From Lepidodermella squamata (taxonomy: Eukaryota > Animalia > Gastrotricha), in NCBI GenBank assembly GCA_047495785.1, contig JBLDXI010000054.1, forward strand, positions 3,782,001-3,846,000: a stretch of DNA of 64,000 nt. Direction: 5' to 3'. The first letter of the stretch is position 1. The number at the start of each line of letters is the position of its first letter. This document shows positions 36,852 through 50,034 of the stretch, piece by piece. The notes under the pieces are model-generated. The model did not search any database. It saw only the letters and a program-made list of their open reading frames with translations, and had not been told where the DNA came from. A program made the translations under genes and the position numbers.

Positions 36852-37027
36852 CAGTGCAGAATCGTTATAACGAACGGGGTATATAACGAACATTTGCTAT
36901 AGCGAACCAAAATGGCTGGCTCCTACCGAGTAAATTGAGGTAAATTGACCTCGCTTATAACGAACTTTGCTTATACCGAACATTTTTTACTGGCATTATA
37001 CGAGTTCGTTATAACGATTTCGCACTG
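36852..37027. mobile_element. Tc1/mariner-pogo-type MITE
   Basis: TIRs CAGTGCAGAATCGTTATAACGAAC / GTTCGTTATAACGATTTCGCACTG, TA on both flanks, internal TATAACGAAC sub-repeats. Confidence 0.88.
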
Positions 37028-37865
37028 TAATCGTATTTTGTTCGTCGGCTCAGCGATTGGGCAGGATCAACAGGGCAGCTGGAAGTTTTAATTTCCAGGC
37101 CATATTTCTGGTTGTGTCGGATGACAAGTTTTCTCAAAAAATCAAGGGTGCTTGTTACCATGGAACCAGCTTACAAGAGTTACTGGCTTGACAAATCGAG
37201 AAAAGAATTAACGAGGACAAATCAAGCGCGCTTGTTTGACCTAATAACGTGATTTGAGGGAAACACGTCTAACGGGGTTTTAATCTGGTAAGAGACGACT
37301 TCCACGACTGATTCTGACAGTTTAGCAAGAAGCCTAGAAAGAAGTGGCAAATACGCTTACAGTTATTCGGGGTATTAAGAAAACAACAATTTCAAGTGAA
37401 CAGTTATAAAAAATGACAAGGCGTTGATCATTTTTGGAATAAATAAAACGTGAGAACGGATTTGGTTTCTAGGTATTTTCTCCCAAGATTTTCTTATTTT
37501 TCATTTAGCTTGATGAATGCAGATTATTACCAGGAAATATTTAATTAGTCTGACTAGATGACGGCAGGCTGGCCTTGAGGCGTTTCACCAGTCTAAATGA
37601 GTAACACGATACTTATTGCTGACGAGTCTCAGGCGAGGCGATCGCACACCGCCATTTCATTCGACAGCTATCGATTGTCTCGAAATATATGTTATGGTCA
37701 GATGCGTGCTGCAGTTGGCAAATATTAATACACGTCAACCGACTGATATGCTCTGTGGTTCATACTAGATTAGCGTAAAAAACCAATTCGCTCGGTTGCA
37801 GCATTGGAGCCACAAGAATGACTTTTTAATTCAATCGCAAGTATTGCGCTTCCTGCTTCCCTCTT

Positions 37866-40041
37866 ATGCGCATAGTGGCAGCTTTTTTATTTAATTTAGC
37901 TAGTGCTGTGTTGTTAGAATTTTTTTAATCCTAAGCGCATACAAAATGCATGTATTTTTAGACAGCAAAACAAGTTTGCCAATAAAATGTCATCAAATTC
38001 TTTGTGCAATTTCAAGGTTTACGATTGGCCCCCGGCTCAATTTGCATTTAACACTTGCTTAATTTGTCACATTTACCTGTTCAACGGCAAAGAGCCGCCA
38101 TCGGCTTGCCAAAATGCATCGTCTACTGGAGACGAAAGTGAAGAAGACGGTGGTGCTAGCCGAATTCGCCTCATATCAACAAAAGATTCTCAGCAGTCAC
38201 TGTTTAAATTTGAACTTGATTGTTCGCATATAACTCAAATTGAATGCATACACTGGCAGCAATGCTGCGAAGCTGCAGATGCTTGCTGTAAGCGTCAATT
38301 GACATGGAAGCAGGCTCCTACTTCGACTGAAAAGACTTTGGGTGCTCGTCAGTGTCAACCGACATGGGACGGGTTTTCTTGCTTTGATCAAACGCCGTCG
38401 GATTACACTGTCGTAAATCAGTGTCCCAGCTTCTACAACGCTCAATCGGGCGGCTTTAGCTACAAGCGTTGCGAAAGCAATGGAACCTGGTTTACAAAGG
38501 ACGGAATGCCATGGACTGATTACGGCTCATGCATTGCCAGCTTTTCTTCTGCGAAATTCGCCTTGGGTCTAGCGCTAAGCGCTGTCAGTGTATTGACGCT
38601 TACAATCGCGGTGCTAACATTTACGGTCTATCCACAACTACGCAGACAAATCCGGATCAGGATCCACGCGTCCCTCTTCGTTGCTATTTTGCTATACAAC
38701 ATTGTGGTGATTCCAAACGATTTCGTTTTTGTGCTTTTCGGCAATCAACATTCGATCATTGTTAAAATTTCGGAATCAATGTTTTGGGCAGCTTGCCTAG
38801 CAGCAATGCGATTTTTCAAGGTCGCAAGTTTCTCATGGATGTTTTGCGAAGGTCTTTTCTTGCTACGTCTTCTCAAGAACGGCTTGAACCCACCTCGCCG
38901 CCCTTCGCTTTTCTATGCAATCGGCTGGGGACTTCCTATAACTATTACGTCCGCGTACTACCTGACTAAATGGCTCGTGCGAGATTATTACGCGAATGTG
39001 AAACCAGTGGCAATCGCCTCGAGCCACAAAGCCGCGGATGAATATGAGAATAACAAGCGTAAGCCGGATTGTGCGAAACCTCCGCTGAGCGTTGCTGTCG
39101 ATGATCCATCAGCTTGGACTGAATGGATCATACTAGCGCCCTGCCTAGCGACAATAGTGGTATAACTTATAACAAGAAAATATTTTAACTGAAATTGAAA
39201 TTATTTGGGTATTATATAGGCGAATTACTGCTTTCTGTTCGGAATCCTGCGAATCATGACTACTGCGGCGAAAACTAGGCAAGACCTCGATTCACGGCGG
39301 GTTTCAAATGGATCTGTTCTGTCAACAGGCTCGGGAGCTCGAGCTGAGAAGCGGTACATGGAACGCGAAGGCACGAAGTAAGGCTAATTGATTAGTCTCA
39401 TGTACTTTTTACACATTCAAATGATAAGGAAAGCAACTCGTGCGATATTTCTGCTGTCTCCGCTGCTTGGAACCTACATTTTGTTCACGCTACTGAAGGT
39501 ACCTGATCGCAAGAGCGAGCTATGGTTGAGTTATGGAACTTATTTCTTTATTTACGAGCTGATCCAAACTGCAGCAGACCGAATACAAGGCTTCGCCATT
39601 GCCATTGCATTTTGCCTATCAACCAAAGAAGTACTTATGCTGTACTGCCGAACCCTGAGCCGTCACAACGTTGAAGTAGCTAGGCGTTATTCAATTCGTA
39701 ATTCGATCAGCACGAATATCGTCAAGGGTCCGTCATCGAGTGACAATCAAAGCGCGATCGAATTTATGCACCCTCCGCTGACAGCTGTGGCATCTGCACC
39801 GGAATTACAGGTTTACGAAGATGTCTCGATTGATGCTTCATCAAGTCGAACGAACAGGCCGAAGAGAAAGATGAATTCGATGCGAGTTTTGACGCAGCGA
39901 GCTTCTCTCGACGCAATCGATGAACATTTGGAACCAGCTAGCGATGCCGAGGTGTTTTACGACGTCGAGCCTGGAATGATCAAATCCGTGTCAAACTACT
40001 TCGTTGACTCCGACGAAGACAGGGCGATTGCTATGAAGTAG
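37866..40041 (+). CDS. Class B (secretin-family) GPCR, calcitonin-receptor-like (4 exons)
   Basis: Signal exon 37866-37912 (MRIVAAFLFNLASAVL), exons 37962-39159, 39220-39377, 39429-40041. Hormone-binding CQPTWDGFSCF..CP...C..NGTW...WTDYGSC, RIRIHASLF, WMFCEG..L, IGWGLP, KATRA..LL.PLLG, QGF......C....EV. Confidence 0.92.
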
Positions 40042-40522
40042 TTGGAAGCGATGTTATATCTAGACTAAATTTCTCTATTTTCGCTAATTTTCATTTTCTT
40101 TGGTTGTTATTTTGAATTTATTTTACTGACTAGTGATCGGTTAATGGTATAGTAAACAACACGCTGGTGCGAAATAAGTTCCCGAAATGGATTTTGGGAA
40201 CAGGGCTCTCATATTTCTGTTGCCATGAAATCTGAATCTGGTAAATCCAAATTCCAACATTCCGCGAGCCGTATAAGGTTCATTATCAGAACGTTTCATC
40301 TATTGCCTGATGCTGACAGATGAGTTCCAACTTCGAAGGCGCTCCAGCCCGCGACACTGTGAAACTGGTCTTATATTTTCAAACAGCGACCCAGCTGCTG
40401 TCAGATGTCAGATTCATCGAAAAAAGCAATAATTGATATCTATCATAGTGTCCATCTCCCCATCAAAATAATTTATTTTCCCAACATTAAGGAATCAAGA
40501 AAGAGGCATAATAAATGGTATA

Positions 40523-42972
40523 TCATTTGCTTTTGTTAAGATACTCCGGAAGATGGCATGCGATGTTGAATTCACTGCGCAGGGCTTGAGCGATTTCGGG
40601 ATAAACGTAAGGATTGTCGATAGTGACCGGAATTTCGAACGGCTTTTCATTGATCATCGCTGCCAAGGTGTTACGCGAGATTTTTCCACTACGCGTCTTC
40701 GGAAGCCGTTTTACAATCAAAACTCCTCCCGTTAGAGATGCGATTGCACCGACATTAGTCCGCACAGAAGCTCGAATCTTAAAAAAAAAATAGTTTCTAC
40801 CGGGTAGAAGCTTTGAGAATTAATACCTTGTCAATTGCATCTCGCATTGCGGCCTCGGCTAATGGGCCACTTTGTACGTGAGCGAAATCGCCAGCCGCAG
40901 TGTTGGTTTTCAGGGTGCAGAAAGCGAAGGGAACTTGACCTTTCAACGGATCATCGCGACCTACAACTGCCGCTTCGGCAACCTCCTCGACCATCTGAAT
41001 GGCCTCCTCTAAGGAGCCAGTTGAAAGGCGATGACCAGCAACATTGATGACGTCATCAATGCGGCCCATCACAAAAACGTGGCCGTCCTTGTCGATGTAA
41101 CCAGCGTCGGTGGTGTTGTAGTAGCCTGGGAAGTGCTTGTAGTAGGTGTCTACGAAGCGATCGTCGGCGTTGTATAAAGTTGAGAAGGTGCCAGGGGGCA
41201 GGGGTAGTTTCACGGCAATAGTTCCCATCTCATTCGCTTCGCACCGTGTCATATCGGAACGGAGTACTTCGACTAAAAATGACAAAAAATGAGGAAAATT
41301 GAGTGATTAATTTTTAATTGTACCGTTCCAGCCAGGAGCAGCCTTTCCGGCCGATGACAGTGGGGGAAGCTCTATGGAATTCGTGTTAGACGCATTTCCA
41401 AGGCTCGTGGCTGTAATGGCCCAGCCGGTTTCGGTTTGCCACCAGTGGTTGATTACAGGTCTGCCGGCAAATAATTTCTCTCTCGCCCAGACGAGAGTCG
41501 CCGAGTCCATGTGTTCACCCGCCACAAAAACGCTTCGCAATGTGTCCAGATTATACCTGGATGAAGCCTCCCCGTTCGGATCCTGCGGGAAAGCTTTTTA
41601 GCCTAAGCAATATTACGAACTTGAAAGTATAAAACCTCTTTTTTGATGGCTCTTAGAGCAGTTGGCGATGAAAATAAAGTTTTCAATTTATACTCCGAAA
41701 TCAGGCGGAAGAAGGCTCCAGCATCCGGTGTTCCAACTGGTTTGCCTAGTAAAAAATGTATCTCAAATTTTGAATTTGTATTTTTCGATAATCTTATTGA
41801 TACCTTCGTAGAGCAACGTCGGATTCCGGTGTAAGAGGGGGCCATAACAAATATACGAGTGACCGACGACCCAGCCAAGGTCTGACGTAGCCGCCCAGCC
41901 ATCGCCTGGGTCAACACCGTAAATTCCCTTCATGCTCCAATGTAAAGCGACTGCGTGACCACCAGATGGCCGGACTGGGGCTTTCGGCGTCCCTGTCGTT
42001 CCGGAAGTGTATAAAATGTAAAGTGGGTCGGTGGCAGCGACTGGGACAGCGTCGCATTGCTTGTTCGAAGCAGCGAGGCTGGCCTCTTCGTATTCTACAA
42101 TTTGATGACCATCTGATCTCAATTTATCAATGTCGTTCGCGTAACGTCGCCCAGAAATGCTGGGGCGCGAGTGAATGACAATATGCTTCGGAGAGAAATT
42201 GGCTAGTTTCAACGCCTCGTGAACAATAGGCAGGTACGGAATTTCGCGATTCGGCTCCAGTCCGAACGTTGAAGTCATGATGATCTACGAGAATAATTTG
42301 GATTAAGCTGAACTTGATTTTTTCATTAAAATATTATTCTTGCTTTGGGCTTGGAATGGGCAATTCTGGAAGACAGCTGTAAGGCCGCAAAACCTCCGAA
42401 CACAAGAGAATGAATGGCTCCGATTCGAGCCGCTGCCAGCATTGAGAAGATGGCCTCAGGTATTGTAGGCATGTAAATCAAAACCACATCGCCTTTACGA
42501 ACACCAAGATTTACCATCGCAGCTGCCAGTCGACTTACCTGCAAAAGAGGAGGATTCATTATTATTCCTCAATAATAATAAATAATACCTCATCATGTAA
42601 GGTCAGATAAGTAAACGACGATTTCACCCGACTGAGAGGACTGTCGTAATTTAGGGCAATCGAATTGCCGAAGCCGTTATCGATATGTCGGTCAACTGCG
42701 TTGTAACAAGTGTTCATAGATCCGCCGACAAACCTGGCGTTAATTTTTAGCTAAATTTTACTTGAACCAATTTTTTACCATCTCGTGAATGGCGGATTGC
42801 TGTGGTCAACAGTTTGATCCCATTTTTTGAACCAATGCAATTTTTCTGCCTCTTCTGCCCAAAATTGAACATCGCTTTGAGGAACAAGTTGATTATGCTG
42901 CAACTTCACCGATAGGCATCGAAGCGGAATCGAACTTCGTCGACGGGAAATTTTGAAAATATTAATCATCAT
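40523..42972 (-). CDS. ACSS3: Acyl-CoA synthetase short-chain family member 3-like (multi-exon)
   Basis: Mitochondrial-type N-terminus, ARIGAIHSLVFGGFA, YILYTSGTTGTPK, SDLGWVVGHSYICYGPL, GKPVGTPDAG, HWWQTETG, LPLPPG, DDVINVAGHRLS, LPKTRSGKI. Confidence 0.93.
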
Positions 42973-43272
42973 TGGATAGAAAGTTGGAGTAAATCCAGAA
43001 AAATGTATCTAGGAAAAACGTTCTTTGAAAAGCGCTTTTTCATATTATTCTGAAAGCCGTCTCGTCGGAGACGTCGCGTGCCTCTTTTTGAGAAAGCGAA
43101 ATTTCGAATCAGTGGTGAGATTTTCTCAACAGCTGAGCTTATAGCGATTCATCGAGGCCTTCCAACCAGGTCATTCTCGCCATTTTAAGATAAGGTGTCT
43201 GGCAGTCACAAGGTTAAGAGTGATAAGAGGGAGTGGCAGAATTTTACACAGCCACGTCGGAGGGACGATATA

Positions 43273-43467
43273 CAGGGTGGCCACGAAAAGCCGCAGGGGG
43301 CGAATTTCATTGATTATGGGAAGTGCGAATCTAATTTTTAATGAGGAGTTTTAAAAAATTGAAGAATTCTTTTTCAGATGAAACTCTTCAATTTCTCGAA
43401 ACTCATTAAATTGATGCTCACACCAGCCAATGAACTTCGCCCCCTGCGGCTTTTTGTGGCCACCCTG
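43273..43467. mobile_element. Tc1/mariner-type MITE
   Basis: ~40-bp TIRs CAGGGTGGCCACGAAAAGCCGCAGGGGGCGAA... / ...TTCGCCCCCTGCGGCTTTTTGTGGCCACCCTG flanked by TA; interior also partly palindromic. Confidence 0.92.
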
Positions 43468-43894
43468 TAGCGTTCGCTTGCATTTTAAACATAAAACATC
43501 ACGGGCGCCATATGCCAGAGGGTCATCAGTGACAATCTCCTTCGAGGACTGATAAAAATCGATTGCATTTCTGGTGTCACTGCTTCAATGTTGGGTACCA
43601 GCATACCAGCTCCGGGAACGACAGACAGCAAATATTTATTGTACCACATTTTCCATGGTAAATTTTCAAAATTCCAAAAGTCCACAATAATTATTGGAAC
43701 GTAAAAATTGTTTTTATTCTGATGCGAATAAGACCAGTCGTCACTGTATAATTGTATCAAGAAATGAGATTATATATTTCACAAATCGAGCATCGGTATC
43801 AACCGGAAATTATAGACTGTATAGGAATAATCGCAACAAAATAAATCAATCGTGTTACATATTACGGCAATAATAGTTCAGTCATTGAGTGTTC

Positions 43895-46800
43895 TCAGTA
43901 GACAGCGATTTGTTCGCTCTTATGGAGTTTATCCTGGAAAACTGAAACGGCATGGCTGACAATAGCATTCAGACGGGAGTACTTGCTCGAGCGACTAGCT
44001 ATTTCAGTCAGCGATGTTTCGATACACTTCATTACCAACAGCGAATCCTTCAAAAAGTGATAGGACTCGCCCTCCTTAAGGCCATTGTCCTATTAAATAA
44101 AACAAGCGAGGAAAATTATATTTGAATTGAGAAATAATAATTTTGGAACTTACCAGTTCGATGGTTCGAATGAGTCCGTGTTTGTAGAAATCAAGCAGAT
44201 AAGCATTGAGGGGGCTCATGTGCTCCAGACTTGGAATGGACGATTCGTCCAGGTAAATCCCAGCTCGAATGTGATGAGCAAAGTCGTACGCTGAGTCGAA
44301 TTGATCTCCGTAGCCGGATAAAGCCGAGAAAAGGCTTCGAATTTCAACTTTCCGACTGGTTTTCTCCAGTTCGGTCAATATTGCACTTGGTTCATTTGTA
44401 GGATGACTTGGAATTTTCACGTGGCTGAAGGGCAGCCGCGTGTCATCACAGTCCGCTGAATTCAGGTTTGGAATGACATTTCTGGCGTAGTCAAACAAGC
44501 AAGCGTTGAATACGTCCACAATTTTTTGGCTATGTTTGCGTAGGAATGAATCAACGGATTCGGGCAACGGCTTCAGAACGACGACAGACGGCGAGGTTCT
44601 CGCCTTGGCCTTCTCCAAGCTGACGCGGAACAGCGGGTAGCGGTTGAAAATGTTCGCGAAAATGGCCATGAAATCCTCGGCTAAACTTTCAATATCCGAC
44701 CTCTCATTTCCGAGCACCTCTTCAATAAGGCCAGATTCCATTAAGGCGGCGAAAGCAAAGTTAGCCGGTTCCGTGTAGCCCAGGTGCTGGATTAGCCCGG
44801 AAAGCCCTGCCAGCTGGCCGGTTTTCGTGATCAATTTCTCCTGCAACAGGTAGTCGACAGAAAACCGGATTTGATGCAAAATCTGGTGCAGGGGTATCTC
44901 GCGACCCATCGAGAACAACGACCCGCAAAACAGTGATTTGACCTGCTTGTTAACCAGAGCTAGGGCTGCTTTGTTACTCTCAGCCCCCTCGGCTATTAGG
45001 TCACCTTGCAAGGACAGGGTGCGTAAAACCAGACTGGTCGACACAGGCAAATGACCAGCGAGAGGCGATAAGGGTGAACTCATCAGCTGGTAGATTTTCG
45101 GCTTAGGAACCCCTAAGTAGATGACGTCGCCAACCAGGTCATAGCCACGCCGACCCGCTCGACCCATCATTTGGCGGTGATTGAGCCCGGTAAGAAAAAC
45201 GCTATTACCAGCGAAAATCACGCTTCGACACGGTGCGTGGATACCCAGAGCCAAAGTCCCGGTAGCAATGACGACAGACAAATGTCGCTTTCGGAAAAGC
45301 ATTTCCACAATTTCTCGGTATTTTTTAGGCATACCGGCGTGATGGACGCCGATACCGCGATTCAGAGCAGTTATCAACGGCTTGTAGGCAGGCGGCAATG
45401 AGGCAGCCATTCTGTTCATCTTGTACCTCTCATTCAAGTCGGCTGTAGAAATTCGATAGCGCTCATCGACCAGGGTGCAATCCGGGTCTTGCTGTCGCCA
45501 GTCGAAAATTTGAACGTCCTCTGCGACTCTTTTTTCTTCCTCGCGATTTTTGCTCTTCGATTTATCCGACTCGTCGGCGTCTCGAATTTTCTTCGCATTT
45601 TTTTCGAGTTTCTCCGTCATTGAAACAGCCTCGGCTTTCTTCCTCTGATAATCCTGGTCGTTAACACGCTTGACTCTCTCCATCAATTCCAGCTTCGTTG
45701 TCAGTGCTACGGCCAGGTCGAAGCACAGCTTTCGGTCGAGGCAGAAAACTATGGCGGGGAGTTTTTTCTGAGACGAGAGGTCAGCAATTAGCCGCGGGAA
45801 GCTCTTCAGCATTTCCCGCCCATTCAACGAAACTTTTTCGCTCGAAATTTCAGCGTCGAATGAATCCATCACCTGTTTCAGAGTTTTCGGCTCCTTTTGA
45901 GCCAATTCAACAAGTTTCGCCTTCAAAGTCGCCTCGTATTTGTCAGCATCGTCCTTTGACAAGAATAAACGCTCTTTGAAGAACGAAACAGGGTTGACGT
46001 TTGCGAGCTGTGCCGCTCCAAATTTCAGGCTCAATCGGTCGAAAATTGCCATTGATTCCTCGGGTAGGAACTTGATATCCGAGTCGATGCCTCGCTTGGC
46101 AATGATCGCAACAGACAGCGAGGCCAACGGGTTTATTTCTGTTACACAATTCGACGATTTCTTCGGGTGAATGCTGGTCAAAGGATCCATTTTCCCCTCA
46201 ACTTGATAGACATGTCTATGGAATAGAAAAATACTTTCGATTTTTCTAAATTTAAAAATTTCTTACCGTTTCAAATCGCAGTAACGCCGATCAGTTCGAA
46301 TCAAATGAGAATTGAAGCCTTTCGAGCCCTGAACCCCCTTGAACCAGTTGAAAAATTGGTCGCAGTTCGAAATAGTGGCAGACAGGGCGAGGATAGGGCA
46401 TGGAGCCAGTAGAAGTAAATGCTCCCACACAGAGCCACCGTCCATTTCACCAATCATGTGAACCTCGTCGAAAATGATGCGCTTCAGCCGCGGGACCCAT
46501 GACTTGGCATGGACAGGCGACAATAGCAAAATTTCCAGAATTTCAGGCACACAGACTAGAATTTGGCAGTCCATCGGAAAATGCCTGTAGTCTCGCGTGT
46601 AAATTCCAGCAACTAAATAAAATAAAGTTAAAATCGAGAATTTCCACTAGCAAAAAAACTAACCAATTGTGGCTTTGTCACCCTTTTCGCCCTTGCATTG
46701 ACCGAAAACTTTTTGCCCGAAACGAGCATACGCTTCGGCAGCGGTTTGATTGACCAGGGCCTTGGTGGGCGAGACGTAAACCACGATATCCGAGTCACTC

Positions 46801-49466
46801 GTCGTGACTATCTGCTCCATGGCGTAGAACGAAATGAACGTTTTACCGCTTGAAGTTGGCGCGCAGATCAGGGCTGACTCTTTGCTATCGACAATGTCGA
46901 GCAATTTGCGCTGCCAATCATCAGGATCAAACGGGACACGTTGATCGGGGGCTGATCCGGTATTTCTGCTGAATATGTGGCCGCAAAATTTCATTTGAAA
47001 ATCACAATCACTCAGGCAGTTTTCCTTGCCGACTGCCTTGGCGAATTGGCTGGCAGAAAAGAGCGGCTTTTGAAACTGGAAATCGTACGACCCTATCAAT
47101 TCAGATTCAAAATCACGAGTCGGGATGTCACTGGTTGATTTAGCGGCTTGGGCAGACTTCGAGCCAGGTTTTCCGACTTTTTTCTTCGAAACTTCAACCT
47201 TCGCCTCATTTTGCGGTCGAAGATGCATTTCAACTTCGAAATGTTTAGCGATATTCGAAAATCCGATCCGTTCCATTAGGCTGGCTAAACTAGTTGCCAG
47301 AGATTTGTTAATTCGCCATTTTGGATAGGCCTCGTGAATGCGTTTGACTTTGTCGTAGATTTTAACTTTGACCGCAATTATCTTACTCGGATCTCCACGG
47401 CCAAGCAGGTCGAAAATCTGCTTCTCAAGATCAGCCAATTCAATCAGCTGAATGCTGATCACAGTCGCTGTGTCCAGGGTAGCCGGGCCTGAAATAGAAG
47501 CCAGCCGGCTGATCAAAGCTTTGCCGTTCAATTTTTCCTTCTTCAATTCATTGAGTTGCCTCTGAGCTGTTTCATGGGTGTCTTTCTGCTTAGCTGACAC
47601 ATTTTCAGCTTTAATTTTCTGGGCAGCCGAACTAGTACCGGCTTGCTTGGCGGAGGACTCGGCTAATTTGATGACAACTGGTTTGAAGTACAGTGCGAAG
47701 GAGTCGAGAAGCGATTCGGCGTAGTGGTGTTGAAACGTCATGAATTTCTGGATCAGCCACTGCGGACTTCGAACGCGTCCGAATTTCGCCTGTTTCTTTT
47801 CGCTTTCCAACAGCTCATTCGACGTCAACTCACGCATGTTGTGCCAATGATGGCGCTCAGCATATGTCAACGCCTCAATATCCTCAGTATCAACGGAATC
47901 AGTTTCAGTTTTCTCAGGCAAAATCGGCTTGAGAATGTCGTTGAATAAATCGTTTTCAAAGACATGAAAACGACTTTGGATGGCAGATTCTGGTTCATTC
48001 AACGAGATTGTTTTCATTTTGAAATCGCTTTTTTCCAAAATACTGTTGATATCAAGTACGTCCGAGTTTGAATCACTTGCCAAATGCCACAATTTTTGGG
48101 CATTTTCGTAGCAAGTCTGGCCCATAATTTCTGTAGCTGTTTTGCCTGCGCAGTTTTTCAACGAGAATGCAAACAGCAGGAACAGCTTTTCGTCGAAAAA
48201 ATCACCCATGTCAGAAATTTCTCCGTAAAGTGATTGGACCTGCTCTGCTGAATCAATAGCCGAAATTAGGTATGCTTTCATCAATTCTTTCAACCCATCA
48301 GAGCAATCAGCTACAAAGTTAGATTGAATGCGAACGCTGAGTGGCAGAGAGAAAATCAGAGCTCGAAAAATGCAAATCAACCTCCCGAACTCTGAATTTT
48401 CCGGAGTTTTCGCGAGAAAATTCTTTAGGGTGGACAGTGTCAAGTTCGATGCTTGAGATGCAAAAAACGGCTCGCTTTCGAAGCCGTTCAACTGCGCCAA
48501 GGCTTGTGGTGGTGGTGTGGTGCCCTTGTGGACGTCTGAAGTTGAAATCAAACTTTCCAAGATTGCTTTGGGCAGAGTTTTGAACCGCTCGCCCTCCGTA
48601 TGAATCATGAATGCAACAATGTGAGAGCCCTTGAATTTGGTGCGATCGAATAAAACAACAGGATATTTGTTCAACAGCTCGAGAGCAAACGCTCGCAAAA
48701 TTTCCGTTGATTTTAGCCATTTTGCGATTTCGAGATTTTCAACATCAGCAAGTCGAGTGATTTCAACGCTTTCAGAGCTGCCATCGCTGAGCATGACGAA
48801 GCGCGGTCGCCATTTTTCGATAAAATCCTCCCAGTCGCTAGATCGCCAATTGCTGAATCGGAAAACCCCGTCGCCGGGTTCAGTTCGGTCTGCGCTGTCA
48901 TTTCGTGAAAAGCTAGTCACCAAATGGCGGTAAACTAGGTGACGCAGCATTCTGAAACGAGGATGGGATTCCATCCAGATTTGATCGTGGCAGTCGAAAA
49001 ACACAATGTCAAACACGCAAGTTCGAAGCTTTAATTCAACTAAAAATCGCTCAATCAGCCAAAAGACCTGAAGAGTTGACCAATTTTCTGCTAGTGGTCC
49101 TTCGCTTTCGAAGGCACTCAATTTATTTTCGCATGGATTGCAAATGAAGTGAGCAATGAGACTATCGCCATCGATGACGAAGAACTCTTTCGCCCCAGCA
49201 TCGGTGATATCGAGAAATCTCGGTTTCAATGCCGCGTATCGGTTAAAAATAGCCTTTTCAAACTTGCTAGGTAGCGATATGCTATCATCCAAACCAGGGT
49301 TGAGTCCGTCGATTTCCAGACGATCCGGTGAATCATCTGTAAATCGATCTTCATCGTCCGGTATCTCCTCGTCCTGTTCGTCATTGATTACTATTGGAAA
49401 GTCGTCAATCAGCTTGTCATTGAGCTCTACGGCCGCCGAAGCTTCATCCTCGTCACTTGAAGACAT
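43895..49466 (-). CDS. DDX60: DDX60-family Ski2-like DExH RNA helicase (4 exons)
   Basis: EFFVIDGDSL N-terminus, PDDWQRKLLD, APTSSGKT, PTKALVNQ, IIFDEVH, ALSAT, GIGVHHAG, ATGTLALG, QMMGRAGRRG; last exon DNGLKEGE...QIAVY* ends at 43895. Confidence 0.92.
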
Positions 49467-50034
49467 GGCAGATAGTTTAAATCACGGTTAAATTCTAAAT
49501 GTTATGAATTGCGTGTCAGCTCAAAAATAGGTATGTTATCGTGGAAACTCGACATTGAAAAAATACGACGTCAATATGATCAGCGACATGTTCTAACGGT
49601 GCAACAGGTCCCATTCTTGTAAAATATTTCCAAATAAGTGCTTCGATGCGTCAAATTATCAACGTATTTTCTCTATCCCATTCATTAATTTTTTAATTAG
49701 CTTCCAGCTGTTTTCATCAAGTATCAAAATATAACAAGAAAGTCTTGGTACTTCCAACTCCACAAAAATTTAGCGTTTAGGTACATATTTTCCATGTAGT
49801 GATACCTTTCACGTTTTAGAAACTTTTTCATCAAGTTATAGACGATAAAGCAGAAAATTCGAATATTATAATGAAATCGTGATCTTTAACGAGTCGCTGA
49901 CATGAATTGAGTCCAAAGCCGCTGTAGTAGTAATATTCCAAACAACGAGAAGGGAGAGACGAGAAGACTAGCGGTGCTTTGCAGTACAGTGAAAGTGTGA
50001 GACGGGGTAATTAATTCTCGCATGTGCAAGACGG

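Noticed and set aside
37619-37660. Hammerhead-like CTGACGA plus stem GTCTC/GAGGC
   Set aside because: The required GAAA core reads GATC, and stems I and III cannot be formed convincingly.
43485-43760. 91-aa minus-strand ORF after DDX60
   Set aside because: Non-ATG start, no recognisable motif, contains AATAAA signals likely belonging to the DDX60 3' UTR.
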